From: Chlorokybus atmophyticus
Lineage: Eukaryota; Plantae; Mesostigma and Chlorokybus algae
Direction of reading: 5' to 3'
Assembly (NCBI GenBank): GCA_009103225.1
Contig: RHPI01000797.1
Span: 116,572 to 180,571 of the forward strand
Length of the DNA: 64,000 nt
Shown here one piece after another: positions 52,227-64,000 of this stretch (position 1 is its first letter; each line of letters opens with the position of its first letter). The notes under the pieces are model-generated. The model was given only the letters and a program-made list of their open reading frames with translations. It did not search any database and was not told the DNA's origin. The position numbers and the translations under genes were made by a program.

Positions 52227-54744
52227 TGTTGACATACACACGTGCAAGTGACACGCCAACAACATCAACACAAGAGCATGACTGCTACTGCCATAAATGC
52301 CATACAAGTCCAGGGGTTTTATACCCCGCCAGTTTCTACACACTTCTACATTTGCAAGCACTACGTGCACAATACTTAGCCTTTCCACGCGCTCTAAGTT
52401 GCACTGTTTAGCTCGCGACTAGAGCTTTCCAACAAGCTAAGCCACACCTGCTAAGCTTACATATTCACAAAGCAACGCGGTTTCTCCCAACACTCTACTC
52501 AGCATCTGATCCGGAGTCCGTCCTGGCTCGACCGTCTTGCTAAGTCCGGAGTCCACGTGCTCAGCCCATACCTTCGACTATCGACTCCTGTGTGGAGGGC
52601 AAGCTGACCGGATATAAGCATCACCCATGTGATACCTTCAACACTCCCACGCGGGCAGCTTGGTCTTTAACACCTCCAACATATTCGCAATCCTTGCTTC
52701 TCTTCTTCTTCCGAACGATGGCACATAAGCTCTTTACCTCCTCTTGCTCCAGCTCCTCCATGCTTCCCACCAAAGCTTGAAACTTGTTTGTAGAGAACAC
52801 CTTGTCCTTCACAGCAACTCGGGCTCCTTGGTTGGCCTTCAACTTCTTGCCCTTGTCTCTGTGATGCTCTTGATGCACATGCTCCTTGCTAACCTTCACT
52901 TGCTGCACCTTGCTCGCCAGCCCTTCCTTGTAGCTCTTTGCAACTCCCACGGGCTTCGAGCTTCTTGTGACAGCAACCTTATGTGCCTCCTCCTTGTTGC
53001 CATGACCTTGTGGTGTCATAAACGCTGTCTTCTCGACCACCCTTGCCTTTGCAACAACCTTGTGCGCACCGTCCTCCTCCACATAGTAGAGTCCACCCCT
53101 GTTGATGCATACTACATGCGTGACACCGCCAAGCTCTATACGAGCCTTGTCCGCATCAAACGCAGCCCTTGCACCAACTCGTTGCTTTACGTACTGAGAA
53201 CAAACTAGCACATGCACCTGGCACATACAGTACATCCCTAAGCACAACCTCCTTCACCATACAACCAACCTTGCACCTCAGATTAGCATCTCCCTTTGCA
53301 ACAGCTTCCAGCATATGCCGGTTCCCAAAATTTACCGTAACTGGCTCAGTCAAAGGAGTGAGGTTGGCGAGCTTGCTCCTATCGCTTGTGAGATGCCTGT
53401 TCGCTCCCGTGTCCAGCACCCACCCAAGATACCCCGCTCCCTCATCCGATGCATAGAAAGCAACCGCTCGATGCTCACCATCAGCCTTCTTAAATTTGGG
53501 ACACTTCATCTTGATGTGACCACGCTCCCCGCAGTGCCAACACTCCACGTTGATGCCTCGAACGCCTTTCCTCACATGATGCTTCAATGATGACGTGAAT
53601 GCCATAGCACCTCCAGGTGCTCCCTCTCCATCATCGTCCTCCTGCCTCAAGCGCTGCTCTTCTTGAAGAAGCATTGGTGTCACCCCATCCATTGTCAAGT
53701 CCTCCTTCCCAGACTCCACGATAGTGACAACAACCCTATACTCTTTGGGCAAACCTGAGAGCACAGCCCACACCACCTCAACTTCCTTGAGCTCGTGGCC
53801 AACACCCAGCAAGTCCCTCCACAACGCCTTCGCTCGCGCCATGAGCTCGACAATGGGCTCCCCGCTCTCCTTGCGCAATGAGTTGAGCTCCTACCTGAGC
53901 TGCAGTCTCCTCGCCATGTTGCGCGACTTGAAGTGGCTATCCAACTTCATCCAAAGCTCATGTGCACTCTTGCACTCCTGCACCAGCACCAGGTGATGAT
54001 CAGCCATGTGCAAGCCTATAAAAGATAAAGCTTTTCTCCCTTGTGTTGCCCAGACACTCGCTTCACCTACAGGGACTGCCTCCGCCGGATCCACATACTT
54101 CCACAGCTCTTTGTGGGCCAGTAGTAGCTCCATCTTCACGCTCCATATGTTGTAGTTGTCAACGTCCAGTGGTTCAATTGTGAACTTCAAGCCGTTCATG
54201 CTTGTGGCCGTGGTTGCCCCTCTGCTACTTGCAGACCTTACAACCTACTCCACACCAAGCAACTACAGCTACTCACACAATCGTAACACACTCCATCCAC
54301 CTACACAAGCATGTGTGGGCCCATAACATGTTGACATACACACGTGCAAGTGACACGCCAACAACATCAACACAAGAGCATGACTGCTACTGCCATTAAT
54401 GCCATGCAAGTCCAGGGGTTTATACCCCGCCAGTTTCTACACACGTTTACATTTGCAAGCACCGCGTGCACAATACTCAGCCTTTCCACGCGCTCTAAGT
54501 TGCACTGTTTAGCTCACGACTAGAGCTTTCCAACAAGCTAAGCCACACCTGCTAAGCTTACAAATCCACAAAGCTACGCGGTTTCTCCCAACGCTCTACT
54601 CAGCATCTGATCCGGAGTCCGTCCTGGCTCGACCGTCTTGCTAAGTCCGGAGTCCACGTGCTCAGCCCATACCTTCGACTATCGACTCCTGTGTGGAGGG
54701 CAAGCTGACCGGATATAAGCATCACCCGTGTGATACCTTCAACA
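52227..54744 (-). mobile_element. Non-autonomous copia derivative A (gag-protease only, TR-GAG-like); LTRs at 52227-52643 and 54329-54744
   Basis: LTRs TGTTGAAGG...GTCAACA; PBS TGTTATGGGCCCAC; PPT-like GCGTGGGAG; gag EPLDVDNYNIWSVKME, CWHCGERGHIKMKC, WVLDTGANRHL; no IN, RT or RH. Confidence 0.9.
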
Positions 54745-57743
54745 GAGACCCGCAAATAGCTACAACGGCAACAACTCTGGTGGCTACAACAGCAACAGCA
54801 CTGGAGGCCATAACGGCAGCAACTCTGGTGGCTACAACAGCAACCATACTGGAGGCCATAACAACACTAACAACTATGCCAATGCTCGCAAAGAGCAAGG
54901 CTACAGGGGGAAGAATCGCCCTCCTCATCGCAAGGGACTGAAAGGACGTCCGCGCGCTGCTGCCGCCAAGGCTTCAACCAACCCGCCAGCTGATGACCAT
55001 ATGGCTGCCCTCATGGCGCGTATGGCATGCTTGGAGGAAGACAACGACCAGGACTACCGCGCCTGCTACTCTGCCCGATGGGCACTGATGGCTCCAAAGC
55101 GAGAAGCACCAGCACTCCGTCACGTATGCAACCATCCCGCCGAGTTCGAGGGGAAGCCGCAACGTCGTCAGCAGCCACCTCTTTTGAAGCCACCAATGGT
55201 GCCGCACCAGCAGCAGCAGCTACACCGGCTACGACGTCCACTTCGTTAACGTCAGCAGCAACTACTCCAGCTGCACCAGAAGTTGGTACATCAGCGAGCG
55301 CCATGACGCCAACACTGGTGAGCACCCTGGCGACAGCCACTGCTGTTACGGACCCTACATCAGTAAGTCGCACCGGTCCCGCTCCAAATGCAGGACCACC
55401 TGTGTCAGCGAGCGTTAAGACTACTCTCGCGCCACTGAGCGGCACTTTTGCCACCACCGTCAGTGCCATTGTGGAGCCCGCTGCCACTGCAGCGAGCCGC
55501 GCAGCTACATTGCCTGCCCTCGACGTCACTCGGGCTGTTTCGCGAGGTCAGCAATCTGAGAGCGCATGGGAAACCATTATGCGTGGAGCAGATCCCACTA
55601 CAATTGCTTTTGGGCGCGGAGGAGAGCGCACAACTCGCGTTGAACGCAGTGATCGCGTCTTCCCACTGCCTGAATATCACACCCTGCCAAAACAGACTCA
55701 ACGGCAACTGGAGGATGAAATCCTCGCCGGCACGGCGCCTCCCATGCGAGACCGTGTCTTTGTGGTCAGAACACCTGTTGTACTGGAGTTGGCACTACAT
55801 CTGTTCTGGACTTTGCATAACAACATGCAGTCTGCACCACGCCAACCCGCACCAGTCCGTTATGAACCTTTCGAGTCAAGCCCGTTGCACACGTATTGGG
55901 ACCGGCAATCCAACGTACAGCAGCACATTGTTGATGCAGCCAACATGCCTTTGGATGACAACGAAGCGCTGAGGCCCCTTGGTATTGTTCGGCTTCATGA
56001 GCGCTACACCGCTCTGGATCGGGCATTCACCTGGCGACAGGACCAAGCGGCAGCAATCAATGCAAGAGCGCAAGCCCTTGCCGATGCTTGCGCTGGCGTT
56101 CTTCAACCACCCGTCGCTGGCCCATCATCCAGCACGACACCTCTCGTCGGTGAGCCCGACATTGACCAGGCAAGGGCGCTGACCTAATAAACCAAGGGGG
56201 TGATCGCCCCGCTGCTACCTGCATTGTTGGAAGACTTGCCTGAAGATCAACGGGATCCAGGGAGAGGCTACCTCACACCACAAGGGTGTACACAACAAGA
56301 TGGAGCAGGCTCAATCGGAGAGCAGCAAAGTCGCACTGCCCTGTTGTGACAAGCAACCATGCTACATTGAGAAGAAGGCATCGGCCTAAGACGGATGTTG
56401 GGGATGCGAGAAGGTGGTAATGCAGCTCGAGCAAGACTAATGACTTGGCTAATCACCAAATACCCCGCAGTCCCCCTGTTCGCATTCGGCACCAGATTGT
56501 TATGGTTGGACGCCTTCCTGCGCTCGCTACGGCAAGCCTGTAATGAGGTTACCTCGGCAGCCACTGACACCTTAGAAGGAGCTCAAGAGGCCATACTGAG
56601 GTTGTCAGGGGTGGAAGCAGCACGGCAACGCAGACGCATTGCAGCTGCTTATAAGCAGCATGTTCAATAGCCAGAGATTTACCTCACTGTGCGGGCACGA
56701 GCAACAACGGTGCTAGAAGTAGGGGTGGTCAATGGCAGATGGGATGCCTACATGGCAGGGATCCAAAGGGTTCCCACGATCACCCACGACATAAAAGCGC
56801 GGCTTCTGCGCGCAGTGTATCTCTAGCCCATGCCTCAGAATTACCGCTGGAGTGACGCGGTCAATAATTCAACAGCCACATGGGAAGGTACACTAGTCAG
56901 GGAGGCAGCTCATGCTGTATACTGAACTTATGTTAAAGAACAGGCTGCACGGGAGGCAGGCCCACAAACACCCGGTCCGCCAGGGTTTCCTCAGCAACCA
57001 CTGGTTACGCCGCCAGGTATGACCCCGGCCACACATAGGCGCAATCCCCTTGCGCCACAACCAGGGCAACCATAGGCACCGCCAGCACCCAGGCCGCAGC
57101 GCGTATACCAACAGCCAAGACAAGGACGGTTCGGGCCAGGCCACAGTCAAGGAGGTTCTCAAGACCCAGCTGGTCGAGGGGCGCTTGTTGCACTGCGCTC
57201 GACACCACCAGAGGAGACTGCAGCAGCAGTCACCACACGCACACGCTACCCACGATTCAAGCGGTTGCGCATCCACGCCAACGCAGCCATTATCGCCAAC
57301 CAAGGCAAGCATGTCACTATCAATGAACGAGCACCCAAGCGTGTGACGCTGGACTCTGGAGCCCAGTGTGTCATCATCGGACGCTACTTCGCACGCGACC
57401 TTGGCATCACCAGCGCTGAGCTGATGGCTTGCCCATACGTGCTCGACACAGCAACCGGCAGCTGTGACAAGGTAATTGGCATCACCAAGCAGGCCCTCTG
57501 CATTCACTTGACAGGGGTTGACCCTTCCCACAGCACCGAGGTCATACAGAAGTGTGTGGTCACCGACGCAGGATTCTTCGACCTATTGCTGCGACAGGAC
57601 TTCAACAAAGAAGGCATGGTTTCGTCCCCATTGGATGAGGAGGATGGAGAGGTTCAAGGATATCTGCCTCTTGAGCTGGTGGCTCACACTCGCTCTCACC
57701 GAAGGTCAGCTGCAAAAGCCACCTACAAATCGATGTCAACAAC
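54745..57743 (+). mobile_element. Inverted middle segment of the Gypsy-DNMT element (end of gag, second gag-like region, aspartic protease)
   Basis: Protease KRVTLDSGAQCVIIG...DLLL; both ends join in frame to minus-strand Gypsy sequence through swapped TSDs. Confidence 0.85.
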
Positions 57744-58142
57744 TGTTGAAGGTATTACATGGGTGATGCCTCCACACAGGAGTTTAGAGTCGAAGGTATG
57801 GGCTGAGCACGTGGACTCCGGACTTAGCAAGACGGTCGAGCCAGGACGGACTTCGGATCAGATGCTGAGTAGAGCGTTGGAAGAAACCGCGTAGCTTTGT
57901 GGATGCATAAGCCTAGCAGGTGCGGCTTAGCTTGTTGGAAAGCTCTAGTTGTGAGCTAACTAGCGCAACTTAGAGCGCGTTGAAAGGCTGAGTATTGTGT
58001 ACGCGGTGCTTGCAAATGTAGACTTGTGTAGAGACTGGCGGGGTATAAAACCCCTGGACTTACGTGTGGCATTAATGGCAGTAGCAGTCATGCTCTTGTT
58101 TTGATGTTGTTGGCGTGTCACTTGCACGTGTGTATGTCAACA
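57744..58142 (+). mobile_element. Solo LTR of the family-A copia, opposite in orientation to element A
   Basis: TGTTGAAGG...GTCAACA, reverse-complement similarity to 52227-52643 with a short internal deletion. Confidence 0.92.
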
Positions 58143-59500
58143 GTCTCAACTCACGGAACTTTAGACAGCAGACTGACTCCAAGTGGCTTGTCTTGTGACA
58201 GTAGTCGCAGACCAGAGTTGAGTATTCTTCGGTGCACTCCTTTTAATAGTGCCCATGCCGTCCACAGCGATGACAGGGCACAGGGGCAGGCAAAGCAGTA
58301 TGCGCTGACCGTTTCCCTTTGTCGCGTGCTGGTGAAGCGTCCCGGCCACATTTGCGGCGAGGAGGCTCGGTAGTTGTGCTGGCTACAGGCCGTGAGGCGC
58401 TGCGGTTGGTGTTCAGCACTGCCTTCTCATAAACCAAGCGCTTATGGATGACTTTCGCAGTCTCAAAAGCTTCCTTGAGCGTGTAGCTAAGGGGCCTGTT
58501 GTACTTTAGGGTTGGGCGCGTCGACTCGCTCAGGGTGGCATCCAACTCATTGACATATACCACTGCAGCAGCCTCGTCTAGCGATCTTGTAGTCAGAGTC
58601 CTTCAACAGCCCTTCTAGTCTGGAGTATAGGCGTAGAGGGTCCTCATTGGGCTTGCGTCGGAACCGCCTCAACTCCTCCACTTTACTAGTGGTTTGCGGT
58701 AAAAAGGTGCGACGAAGTGCACCGTATAGATCTTTGAGGGGAGAGTCAGAGATGGCAGAACCTACAGTAATGGCTGGTGCACGCAGTGCGACTGACCCGA
58801 GGGTAAAAGCACTGCCTCCCGCGCGAGAGCCGGGTGTTGCCAAAGGTAGGGGTATGCCCACCTCAACGGCTGCAGTTCGTTGTTCTTCAAAGATAGCAGC
58901 AGAACGGTCAAGGATCCGGGCCTGTCGCGCGTCCGTTTTGATCTCAATCTCTGCCCTGTCAATGGCTGCCGCTATGGACAAACCGGTGACTGCAGCGGGA
59001 GTGACAGGTGGAAAGACGGTTGCTGAACCGTACTGTGACGCAGACGCTATGGTGTTGGCGAGCTCGCCATAGCCATCAACTCGATGCAGTTCAGCAGCAG
59101 ACTTTCGGACATCATGTGTTTCATGGTTCAGATACTGCGCAGCAATGTGAAAAGAAATCTCATCTGACCAGTCTTTGTTCTTCAGAGCCTGTTGTCGCAT
59201 CTTGGAATGGAACTTGAACATGAATTTGTCCAACGAGGTAGTGCCAGCACGTCCGAAAAAGCGCAGGGATGTGGTTGAGCCGGAAGTCTCCATCTCATAG
59301 TCATTACTATCGGACGAGAGTGGGGAAGCTCGACGCCGAGAAGTAGACAGGAACGGAGTGAAGTTGGAGACAGAACGCGAGCCTCTGCTGCTACGATCGT
59401 TGCTCCCGTTGCTGGTCCGCTCGTAGGTGAGATTGGAGGTTGGGCTCCAGCTGCTGAGGTCACCCTCGTCCATTGGAGAGAACGGGGTGGGCCTGCTCAT
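58143..59500 (-). mobile_element. 5' gag region of the Gypsy-DNMT element
   Basis: Retrotransposon-gag-like LRRTFLPQTTSKVEELRRFRRKPNEDPLRLYSRLEGLL; knuckles CHRCGRHGH and CDYCHKTSH. Confidence 0.8.
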
Positions 59501-60349
59501 ACAGCTAGTCCACACCGGTAATTATGAAACCCCCGACTTTTTGAAAATTCATGGCAAACGCACTGAATATTCGTTGGATATACCGTTTCAGCTTTTTATT
59601 GAGTGAATATTCAAGTGTTTTCGTACATTATGTGCAATCCCTGCCAAACGAAATCGCGACATTCACCTATAAATTGCGTGAATATCCACACGATAAATCA
59701 ATGCCACCTCTCAAAACCCATATACCTCGTATATTCAGTTGAAATCGATTGAATGTTCAAGGGCATGCAATTGTGAATGGACACAGCATGTGCTCTGCTA
59801 AATATTCAGCTATACATTGCCTGAACATTCATAAAGGGGCATAAGCTTGTGGCTATAACAGACAGCTTAAACTCACCAAGTCCCAACTGCCCGTGAATAA
59901 TCAATTGATCAGCTTGTTACACATGTATATTCATAACCTTCATCAGTTTCATGCCACAGATGTGAGTGAACATTCAACACCAATCTGAAACTACGCAATA
60001 CGATTCACACTAAGTCCTAGCTTTGAGTGAATTTTCAACACCATTCCAAAACCAAGCAATACGTTTTGCACTAACTCCTAGCTGTGAGTGAATATTCAAC
60101 CCCACACGAATAAACATATACTCTCATTTTGGCCAAGTCCCGAATGTGATTGAAAACCAAGTAGATTGCACTGCTAATTCTAATATACGATCTAGTATAT
60201 GTCAAAGCCAGAGTTGCTCAGCAGTTCTACACAGCTGGTTTGAGTTGATGGTGGGGGACAGCTCTGATATGGACTACAGCATTGCTATGCTACACACCAC
60301 CTGCTACTATTAGCTCAACTCATGTCTTTGCTCTGCTAACATACTGTCC

Positions 60350-61370
60350 ATGAGTATTCGCAATCGTTTTCTCAACCTGTCTGCCACTTGAGGATGAAAC
60401 CAACTCCTTTGCATCTGCACACAACCACACAGCAATAACATGTGGTTACTAAGCACGTGTCGGCCTACACGACAGTGCCATTGAAGCACCTTCCACTTGT
60501 AAACATTGCAGTGCACATGCATGAACTGTACCTGTTGAAATATCCGTGCGTTTGGGTCAATTGGACCAGCTTGTACCCATCTATAAACTTGTCAAGATAA
60601 AGCATGACAAACAACCCGCACGCAACTCCATCCTTCTGCCGAGGGACCTGCACAAACATGTGTCAATGCTTGCAAACCAAATGCATGTGCATGCATCCAA
60701 TCAGTGCTTGTGACAGAATGCATGCAAACTCATCACTAGTGCAATGCAACGTGTGCTACCTGTGGTACAAGAAGCTGTACGTTTTCGGGAGAGAAGCGTC
60801 GTTGTGAGTCACTTCCATGCTTTCTGCCCCACATGTAGTCAAGGTAAGCGCGCATAGGTCCATCAACGTTGCGATGCAGGCCAAGGGAGTCGAGATGGAC
60901 GAGTAAAGGCGGCGTGTCACTTCCAAGTTGGCCTCCGGGATTGCACACAAGCAGCAGACTCCAGTGAGTCCTGTGAACAATCAAATTAATTCCAGTTTGC
61001 AAATACAGCAGCGATTCAGCAAGATATTCTTGGCGCTTATTCTCACCGCGTGTCTGGGTTGACAATCACTCCCAGCAAGTCCTTGGCAAACGGATCACTT
61101 TCCCACCTGTCTATCCTGTGATTGCTCGTGTGCCAGTCATTTTGTCTATGGCAGCGCACGATCTTGGTGTAGAAATGCGGGTGGAACAGCTTCACCTGAA
61201 TGCCATCTGCTCTGCCTAAGATTTCCTCTTCCTTGTATCTGCATGTGCATCCCACGTACATATGAGATACACGAATAACACAGACGCAACAAATCACATA
61301 CCTGCAAAAGAAGTGGAGGATGGTGTCATTGAGCTCTTGGCTGCCATCCAGCAACTCCTGTCCGTTTCAA
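60350..61370 (-). CDS. Ulp1/C48 SUMO-protease domain (CACTA cargo, spliced)
   Basis: ELNDTILHFF, LFHPHFYTKI, HWSLLLV, HLDSLG, VPRQKDGVACGLFVMLY: His-Asp-Cys triad plus oxyanion Gln. Confidence 0.85.
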
Positions 61371-61699
61371 GCACTGGCACCGCATCACGTGCACTTGCAC
61401 TAGGGTAAATGAACAGTGGCTGCGGTGTTGACGGCTGCGGGTTGCTGACTGGATCGTCCAGCACCATGATATCATCATCGCTGCCCACGAGGTCCACAAC
61501 TGCCGCAGCCATTGTGGGTTGCTGATTACAGCCCTCTTCGTCTTCATCGTCAACTTCCATTGTGACTGCCTCTGCAGCCATAAATGGTTCAATTGGGCAA
61601 GAACCACAACGCAAATCAACAAGCTCAAGCACACAGCAGCTTACCATTGTTAGCCTCATCCCCACTCTCTTCAATGTGTTGAACCCCACTCTGCACAGG

Positions 61700-62160
61700 T
61701 TGTGAAACCCTACCGCAACTGCCCGGCAGAGAACGACGAGCAAGGCTCTCCCTTGGGAACTGCGCTGGAGCACCACCTTCTTCGTACGCAGCGCATCGCG
61801 AGCACGTAACCTCAACCATGCTACCCACAGCGTGCCGTCGACAGAGGCTGTTTGGACACGTCGCGCAGACTTGAAAAGCTGCTTTGTTGCAGTTCTTCAC
61901 ATGGCACCTGTTTTTTGGTTCAGTACAAGTGATGATAGTTCTAGGAGTGAAGTTCCTCACAACAAGATGCCAAGCATTTGCTGCAATGAAGTCCACTTAC
62001 TCATGCCTTGGGCACTCCCAATATTCATCCTCCACAGGTGGCATAGAGACACAGTGCGCGTGGTAGCTTTTCCAGCAACCTTCCACATCGCAGCCAGATA
62101 TGGTGCCCCCATCCTTGCAGACAAAGCAGTAGTCTTCATGTTCCCGATGTTCCAACGCAT
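61700..62160 (-). CDS. PHD finger plus C5HCH-like Zn module (CACTA cargo; split by an intron or frameshift)
   Basis: EHEDYCFVCKDGGTISGCDVEGCWKSYHAHCV...WECPRH then CHVKNCNKAAFQVCATCPNSLCRRH. Confidence 0.8.
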
Positions 62161-64000
62161 CCAGCTCCAGTCTCGGTCTCATCCTGTGAACAAAGGTTCA
62201 GTGGCCAGGTCTACAGTCTCACAGTAGGGATACGAGGCATCACAATCGCAAACAGTACCTCTTGTACTCAAAATGCCAGTCGCGGCGTGTGGTCCATGAC
62301 ACCTCGCTCGAGGCGCTATTGGTTTCGCTTTGGGCACCCTGCACCAAGTACACAAGATGGTTGTATGTGATGCCAAAACCCAGGATATATGAGGACATCT
62401 AGATTCTAATGGACAACGTTGTTAACTCTCCTCTTAACGGAGTGTCCCGGTGCATGCCTCGACGCATGAGACTGCGCCTGTCTTTAACAAGCGCTACTGT
62501 TACTTTGTTGTCATGGGGATCAATTCCCTCAAACCACTGGCCCTTGACCTGCCAGCAAGAAGGGGTATTCATCAGCCATTTCCATACTACTATTTCAATT
62601 TACTATCATCACACCAAGCACACGCCAAAACGATTGCAACACAGCCACTCACCAGGTTGCAATCAAGGTAGGTTTGTTCTGCAAAGCGGGGCTTGTCTTT
62701 TCTTAGGATTGCAAATCCTCCACTGTGCTGGACTTGGTTGCTCATGTACCACCTAGCTCTGAGCAGCTGGTGCTCCCGACCAGCTATCACCACAACATCA
62801 AAAGATTGCACCCTGCCATACCAATGGATCTTCTTGGTTGGGTCATCTGAGTCACGCCCAACGGTAAACACGCCACAGTCCATGGTGCGGAGTTTCTTCT
62901 CCATTTCCTCTGCTCTGAACTGACCGATGTCCTTGTAGCGTGCTCTGAAGTATCGCTTGATGTACTTTGGAAAGATTGGACCGCTCAACAGCTCCATCTC
63001 GTGCTTTGTAAGCTCCCTAGCAGGTCCACGCCAGTGATGCAGCTCAGTCATATGCTCCATGTCCTTTGCCACGACATGTCCTTGTTTTTGAGCCCTTCCC
63101 TTTGCCATCCTGCGTTTGTTCACCTCCCGACTGAACTCTCTGTGTAGCAGCAACCCATAAATCAATCATACTGTCTGCGCGTTGGACATCACGTACAAAA
63201 CAGCAACTCCCAAAGCAACTTACTCTTTTAACAGCCTGTGTTTATCGTCATTCTCAGCCAACCACCACTCGAGCTCCTGCCTTGTCTTACTATCTTTATC
63301 CCCAACCTCAATACGGTGTCTCCGTCCGCAGAGCACATAGTCGTCATCATCTCGTTGCTTGCCCGATCGCAAACTGATGTCGGAGAAAAGTCGCTTCAAG
63401 GTGTCCATGTAAGTGTTCAGCATGAGCTGGATAGAGTATCTGCAGATGCAACTGGCACTTGAACAAGGCAAACAATGTGGAAAGTTTGCACGTAACTCTC
63501 AGTGGGCTCACACAAAACTTGCCTTTTGCAGATGCTTGCTTCCACATGCTGCCTTGCAAATATCATGCGCTTCACCCACTGCATAAAGCGTTCATGTGCC
63601 CACTCCCAGTGGTCACGCGTCGGACCAAGCCACATGCACTGCTCTGGTAGATGGCCAAGGAGGTGCAGCATCATTGTGAGAGAAGTTCGCGGCAAGAACA
63701 GCTCCACTTAAGACTGTGCCTCATGCACCAGCACCTGCACTAAGTAATAAGCTATGCATGCCATAGGAGCTGGGCATGCAGAGTAAAGTGTTATTAAAGC
63801 CAACCTTCAATTCTTCGAGGTGTGACTGCTTTACTTCCAATGCAGTCAGCCGTTGATAGATGTCGCATAGTTTGAAGATGGTTCTCTTCTGATCTTCTCC
63901 AATGTCGTGTGCAGAGCGCAGCACGTACTGAAAAACGACCGACCATAAGTTGTGCTTGTCGTGCGATTTCATCGAGCCTGCATGCTCCATGTCAAAAGTT

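Larger units (their letters stand above)
59511..64000 (-). mobile_element. CACTA/EnSpm (CMC) DNA transposon, running off the right edge
   Basis: TnpD-like DUF4218 motif FLPRTSLTMMLHLLGHL...GP...WEWAHERFMQWVKR; DUF4216-like WYGRVQSF...LLRARWY; candidate terminus CACAC at 59511 with repeated GTGAATATTCAAC-like subterminal motifs to about 60100. Confidence 0.8.

Noticed and set aside
55011-55529. Antisense ORFs over the Gypsy linker and other TE ORFs
   Set aside because: Shadow frames of GC-rich coding sequence with no motifs
59500-60300. Gypsy 5' LTR and PBS
   Set aside because: Not found; the position is occupied by the CACTA end

Overview
Eukaryotic, intron-rich genomic DNA. Host is very likely a streptophyte green alga, inferred from a plastid-targeted BSD2, plant-type RIN2, PAC1 and WNK, and a plant-type initiator tRNA. 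The left 37 kb is gene-dense: a partial coiled-coil gene, RTF1, an intact 9-exon DEG/ENaC (ASIC-like) channel, RIN2/gp78 E3 ligase, PAC1 head-to-head with BSD2, tRNA-iMet followed by a pogo/MITE nest and a 469-bp TRIM, and a WNK kinase. The right 26 kb is a nested transposon cluster: a GIY-YIG relic, three related copia elements plus a solo LTR (the two elements with a visible PBS match the anticodon half of tRNA-iMet), a TA-flanked non-autonomous DNA element, and a Ty3/Gypsy element with a C5 DNA methyltransferase between protease and RT. A 3-kb piece of that Gypsy is inverted between two opposed LTRs, with swapped target-site duplications. A CACTA element carrying PHD-finger and Ulp1 SUMO-protease cargo runs off the right edge. 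All calls come from manual motif reading; no database searches were run.
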